DNA of 64,000 bases from contig CAWGVG010000048.1 in assembly GCA_963825865.1 (NCBI GenBank), forward strand, positions 1-64,000, read 5' to 3'. A program made the position numbers and the translations under genes. The notes under the pieces were generated by a model. The model was not told the origin of the DNA. It ran no database searches and saw nothing but the letters and a program-made list of their open reading frames with translations. The DNA comes from an uncultured Nitrososphaeraceae archaeon. Lineage in GTDB: Archaea > Thermoproteota > Nitrososphaeria > Nitrososphaerales > Nitrososphaeraceae. This document shows positions 58,958 through 64,000 of the stretch, piece by piece. The stretch's first letter is position 1; each line of letters opens with the position of its first letter.

Positions 58958-59003
58958 AATGCTCTTTATTTTATATGAATACAGAATAAAAAGAAACTAA
59001 AGC

Positions 59004-59082
59004 TTGCTATCATCTGTTATCAATCTGTTATCATTGCTATCGTTTTGTTATCTCTGATATCATCTGTTAGCATCTGTTATCA
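59004..59082. repeat. Eight tandem 9-11-bp repeats with core TGYTATC
   Basis: ttgctatc atctgttatc aatctgttatc attgctatc gttttgttatc tctgatatc atctgttagc atctgttatc. Confidence 0.85.
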
Positions 59083-59372
59083 TGAAATTTTAATTTGAAC
59101 TCAATATGCTAGTTATGTGTGCTGATCAGGATGGATTAACTTCCATTGATTATATTTTATAGTGTGCATCAAGGGAGTAAATTGTTTACAGCATGTGACC
59201 GTGTGACGAAGTCACATTTGCTAAGAATGGAGATTCAGTTATTTTAGAAGTATCTCCTAGTTATTATTCAACTTGGGATTATAGCAAAAGGAAATAGCAG
59301 GAAGATAATAAACATACTTGCTAGGTACAGTAATATGCATACTATGGTCTACTCCTCGTATAGGGGGCTATT

Positions 59373-59639
59373 GCAACTTGATCGCATGATATGGCATTAG
59401 CTGCAGAGAAGGGGTTCAAAAGTATCTCTATTCCAGCGATAAGTTCTGGCATTTTTGGATTTCCTAAGGATAAATGTGCAAAGATACTTGTAGAAGAGTC
59501 AGAAAGGTTTCTTGAACAATACAATAATAATAATAAGAAATGTTCAATAGACATCATAGAATTTTGTATATTTGATAATGAGACTTTAGATTGCTTTAAA
59601 ACTGAATTTGCTAATATCAAGGATATAAAAATAACATGA
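59373..59639 (+). pseudogene. Macro-domain protein, C-terminal fragment
   Basis: SISIPAISSGIFGFPKDKCA; N-terminal half missing. Confidence 0.8.
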
Positions 59640-59725
59640 AACTTGGATATGATGACCTTCTATTATACTGAATTAACACTTTTTTTGATTGATATTTAAA
59701 TCAAAGCCATTGCCTAAACTTCTTT

Positions 59726-60655
59726 ATGTCTGCAGTAATGATGAAATACATACTACTAGATTTGAATAGTGACAAAGATATTGCTATTATAAAAATCAAC
59801 AGACCTGAAGTACTGAATGCTCTGAATAAAGAAGTTATGTCAGAATTATCTACCGCAATTGACATCGTTGGTGCAGATGAAAAAATAAAGGTCCTAATTA
59901 TAACTGGTACAGGAGAAAGATCCTTTTGTGCAGGAGCAGACATCAGGTACGTAGTAAATATTGATCCTATTGAAGCAGAAAGATATGCAACTTTTATTCA
60001 TACCCTACTTAACAAGATAGAGAATTTAGAAAAACCCGTTATTGCTGCAATTAATGGGTACGCTTTGGGAGGAGGTTGTGAGCTGGCATTGGCATGTGAT
60101 ATTAGGATAGCGTCAAGCAATGCTAAGATAGGCCAGACAGAGGCTACAATCGGTATTCCACCAGGATGGGGAGGGACTCAAAGACTGTTGAGGATTGTTG
60201 GTCCTGCAAAAACAAAAGAACTTATCTATACCGGTAAAATGATTACAGCAGAAGAGGCAGAAAGAATTGGTCTTGTTAATAAATTAGTTAGTTTGACGCC
60301 AGAAGATGAATTAAGTGCAGCTAAGCGGACAACAGCAGCAGCCACTACTGCCATAGCAACAACCACTACAGGTTCTTCTAAAGAAGAGCAGCAACGAGAA
60401 GAAAAACAAATAGCAGAAGGTAAACTAGCTAAAATTCTAAACAAAAAGTTGATGGATGAATGCCTTGCCTTTGCAAAAGATATTACAAAGAATAGTTTCA
60501 TTGCTGTTAAAACTAGCAAAATGTTAATCAACAAAGGAATGGATGCAGATATTGATACGGGATTAAGGTTAGAGATTTATGGTTGGGCATTATGCTTTGC
60601 ACATGAAGACAGACAAAAAATGATGTCTTCTTTTTTGAATAAAGGAAAGAAATAA
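59726..60655 (+). CDS. Enoyl-CoA hydratase/crotonase (candidate 3HP/4HB-cycle hydratase)
   Basis: INRPEVLNAL, FCAGADI, NGYALGGGCELALACD, EATIGIPPGWGGTQRL. Confidence 0.9.
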   Translation: MSAVMMKYILLDLNSDKDIAIIKINRPEVLNALNKEVMSELSTAIDIVGADEKIKVLIITGTGERSFCAGADIRYVVNIDPIEAERYATFIHTLLNKIENLEKPVIAAINGYALGGGCELALACDIRIASSNAKIGQTEATIGIPPGWGGTQRLLRIVGPAKTKELIYTGKMITAEEAERIGLVNKLVSLTPEDELSAAKRTTAAATTAIATTTTGSSKEEQQREEKQIAEGKLAKILNKKLMDECLAFAKDITKNSFIAVKTSKMLINKGMDADIDTGLRLEIYGWALCFAHEDRQKMMSSFLNKGKK

Positions 60656-60719
60656 AGAGAGAAAGGTCTTCCTTTAGAGTAATTATTTTACCTTTCTCTG
60701 TCTAAGTTGTATAATTTGT

Positions 60720-61391
60720 TTACAGCGTGTGACCAGCTATGTTGTATACCTTTTCTGTGTCGTTGGCTATGGGCCTACTTCCTCTCTCATCTGCTCCATT
60801 GGCCGTTACCAAAAGTTTCGTATTATTATTGCCAATAGGGGAAAAAGCCATTCCATACGCACTTCTAAAGCCCCAACCCACCATCCTAATATCTGTGCCA
60901 TCCAAATTAGCACTCAAAATACATCCATTACATTTTACTTGGCCCTTGATTACTTGACCTTCATTTGCTGTGCTATTAAATGGAACAAATGCTCCTGTTG
61001 TTGCATTATCATTAGGCTCTGCTGTAAGTGGATTTTTGGTTACAAAGTTCTGTCCTGTTAATGTTATATTTTTACCTGGTATATCGGTGGCATTTGGAGT
61101 ATTAGCAAGTCAGCCATAGTTATCCATTCCTAGCACTCCGCTATTGGTCCTAGTTCCTGTTCCAAAAAAGAGTCTCTTTCCATCCGGACTAAATGCTATC
61201 TGATTGTTAAAATGATCACCATTTTCTGGTAGTCCAAAGATAATATCTTTTACCGTACCAATTGTGATATCAGCTGTCGATATTTTGCCCATATGAGATA
61301 CGTATAGCAGGCCATTATGAAATGTAATATCCACTATAGGAGAGTTTAGTTTAGTATCAACAAATACGGAGACATTTCCGCTAGGATCTAG
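60720..61391 (-). pseudogene. PQQ-dependent glucose/sorbosone dehydrogenase-like internal fragment
   Basis: LYVSHMGKIS, GDHFNNQIAF, GTRTNSGV, WGFRSAYG, NGADERGSRPI; both ends missing. Confidence 0.75.
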
Positions 61392-61428
61392 TCTATTTGA
61401 TTATTAGATTCTAATTGGCAATTGTACC
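61392..61428. repeat. 37-bp direct repeat, copy A
   Basis: TCTATTTGATTATTAGATTCTAATTGGCAATTGTACC; 33/37 identical to 63199-63235. Confidence 0.85.
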
Positions 61429-61579
61429 TACCTTCCTTTTAAATTAAATAATGTCATTCATCATCAGCATAAGTCTTTGCACCTTTTCTACCAAGAATGC
61501 AATATTCTTTCTTTCATAATATAAAAAATAAAGAAGTTTTTTGTTTAATTATTATTATCTTCTCCTTGCTGTTGTTTTT

Positions 61580-63018
61580 TCAATCAACACCCTTCTTGAA
61601 GAGTATGTCAAAGTTTCCCGGTGTGTCGTCTTGCCATACTACATAGATGTTGCCGCCACTTGAGATAATCTGCGGAACAGATGAATCTCCATCGTTGTTG
61701 CTTAGGTTTTTAGTACTACCAAATGTAGCTCCTTCATTGCCACTTGCTTTGAAGAATATGTCAGAGTCTCCTAGTGTATCGTCTTGCCATACAATACGTA
61801 CTGCATCTGAAACTGAAGATATTTGCGCATTGGTTGAATTTCCTGCATTGTTGCTTAGGTTTTTAGTACTTGCAAATGTAGAGCCGTTATTGGTACTCAC
61901 CCTGAAGAGTATGTCAAAGTTTCCCGGTTTGTTGTCTTGCCATACAATGTACACATTGCTTCCATGCAGATCCATCTGTGGAATAATTGAATTTCCATTG
62001 TCATTATTATTATTGTTGCTTAGGTTACTTATACTTCCAAAATGAGCTCCATTATCAGGTACTTTTTACAAATAGTATGTCATTGCAACGTGAGTTAATA
62101 TCGCATGCTGTTTCAATAGGACGATCGCTCCATACCAAGTATACATTGCTGCCTGTTGCCTCTAAATCCAAACCTCCTGGGGTGCATATGTCGTCTTCTA
62201 TTATTCTATTTACACTTCCAAAGCTACTACCGCTATTTGTACTTCTTACAAACTCTAAATCATCAGTCTCTGGACATTGACCATGGTCTTCTCCTCCACC
62301 AATCCAGGCTACATATACGTTATTTCCCGTAGCAGCTATATGGAAATCTCTAAACCCTACTAGAAATTCCTCTACTATATCTGAAAGAATCTTTACACTT
62401 CCAAAACTTGCTCCTTCATTTGTACTTCTCTTGAATAATATCAGATGGTCATCATCAGAGTCATGGTTAAGCCAGGCTATATACACGTTATTTCCAACTG
62501 CAGCTATTTGTGGATTGGTCGAATTATCTTCATCATTGCTCAGATTTATAGTACTTCCAAAATGAGCTCCATTATCAGTACTTTCTTTTAAAGAACACAT
62601 CGCCATTTTCACTCCATACAACGTATACATTACTTCCTATCTTGGCAATCTTTTGATCAGGTACTAAGCCTTTTGCTTCTCCAGCTGCGTTATTGCTTAA
62701 ATCTACAATGCTATGAAAGTTATTTCCAGCATCACTGCTTCTTCTAAAGAATGTATCACCGTCTCCTTTAGTCTTATCTTCCCATACTGTATATACATTA
62801 CTAGAAGATACCTGCACCTGGGGGTTAGTTGAATCTCCATCATTGTTGCTCAGATTCTTTGTATTTCCAAATGTTATTGCATATGCTGGTCGTGCTGCTG
62901 TAGTTACTACAAGTGTTCCTCCTACTACTAATGTTGCTGCCAAAAAGATAGCAACAATTGCTGTTAGAGTAATTCTTTTTGTTGTAATTGTGTTGTTCGT
63001 ACACATTTTCGTTACCAA
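61580..63018 (-). CDS. Secreted BNR/Asp-box (sialidase-like) repeat protein, two frameshifts
   Basis: Signal peptide and repeats of S-x-D/N-x-G-x-x-F...NLSNN-x-G-x-S...VYVVW; ORFs 62575-63018, 62055-62630 and 61580-61975. Confidence 0.85.
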
Positions 63019-63198
63019 GTATTAATTACAATGTTATGTGTATATTTGACTTGAGTAACTTAATGCTGACTTATTTCGTATAACTAATCAGAATATCAAA
63101 TCAAGTATAATTAGTCATATAACTATTACTAGTCTGTTATAGTAATCTCTTACCACTATAGAATATACTGAAAAGAATATGATTTGAGAAAGTATTAT

Positions 63199-63235
63199 TC
63201 TATTTGATTAAGTGATTCTTATTGGCAATTGTACC
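63199..63235. repeat. 37-bp direct repeat, copy B
   Basis: TCTATTTGATTAAGTGATTCTTATTGGCAATTGTACC. Confidence 0.85.
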
Positions 63236-64000
63236 CTTGATTTGATAGACGTACTGTTCTAACACAAACAGAGGAAAGTTAACGCTATTCCATAGTGAAT
63301 CTGTATATGTTAGAAGATGATGATGATGATGATTAGAACTTTCTATTTGGGTCTGTACCTAGATCATAGCCAGTAGAAGAGATACTATTGTTTGCATCCA
63401 TTTTATTACTTGTAAACACGTCACCACTATCTAAATGTGGCTTATAGTTACTAACAGCAGGCACTAAATCTTACAAATTTGCTAACGATCTTGTACATGC
63501 TATTATTCTCTTCGCAAAAGACAGCTTTATGCATTTTGAAAAATTGACATCAGTCATTATGTATAGTCTATTTTTTGAATTTTCTATAAAATAATCACCT
63601 TGGCCATATTTGTACCATTTGGATCTGGATATACATATAGCTGTAAAAATTCTTCCTGATTGCCGATCGAGGAGATAATAAATAATGGCACCAAGTTTGA
63701 AATCCTGTTCAGCATGTCTGATATATTGTACTGACATAATAAGTTTTAACAATAGCGTATGGATTGGTAACATTACGTATGACATATCGCCATGACAATC
63801 ATTTCCATTCCAAATGTCAGTAATCAAGAGTCATGAAGGAATGAAAGACCCTAATCAAATAAGTACAATAAGGTACTGCTTAGGATTTTAAACCAAAATG
63901 TTTATGCTCAATCTGCCTTGTGATTAGTAATAGTTCTTTAATAATATATAGTATATTCATGGCATGCCAACAAGAGATAGGATCTGAATCTATGATGACT

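Noticed and set aside
52499-59082. Complete provirus
   Set aside because: No recognisable capsid, portal, tail, replication or intact integrase genes
63471-63827. 118-aa minus-strand ORF
   Set aside because: No recognisable motif; may be a fragment, not enough support to call

Overview
AT-rich archaeal DNA that looks like a soil ammonia-oxidising archaeon (Nitrososphaeraceae, Thaumarchaeota). This is inferred from the DRG GTPase, Sec11-type signal peptidase, crotonase, several P-II proteins, BNR-repeat and DM13 proteins and lineage-typical small Zn-finger proteins. The first ~18 kb holds mostly core-type genes and tRNA-Gly(GCC). The rest is a patchwork of accessory genes, IS elements and gene fragments. 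Mobile DNA comprises four ISL2-like copies, two other IS5-type elements, IS6/IS630/IS1595 remnants and five or more tyrosine-integrase remnants. Many genes are frameshifted, probably in part through sequencing indels. The best leads are: (i) eight helically phased TGYTATC repeats just upstream of a double-HTH/coiled-coil gene; (ii) a lone terminase-large-subunit-like gene with no virion genes; (iii) a 37-bp imperfect direct repeat bracketing a secreted BNR-repeat gene and cutting a neighbouring gene; (iv) an orphan two-spacer CRISPR remnant; (v) a wHTH + AAA+ gene pair. All family calls come from motif recognition by eye; no database searches were run.
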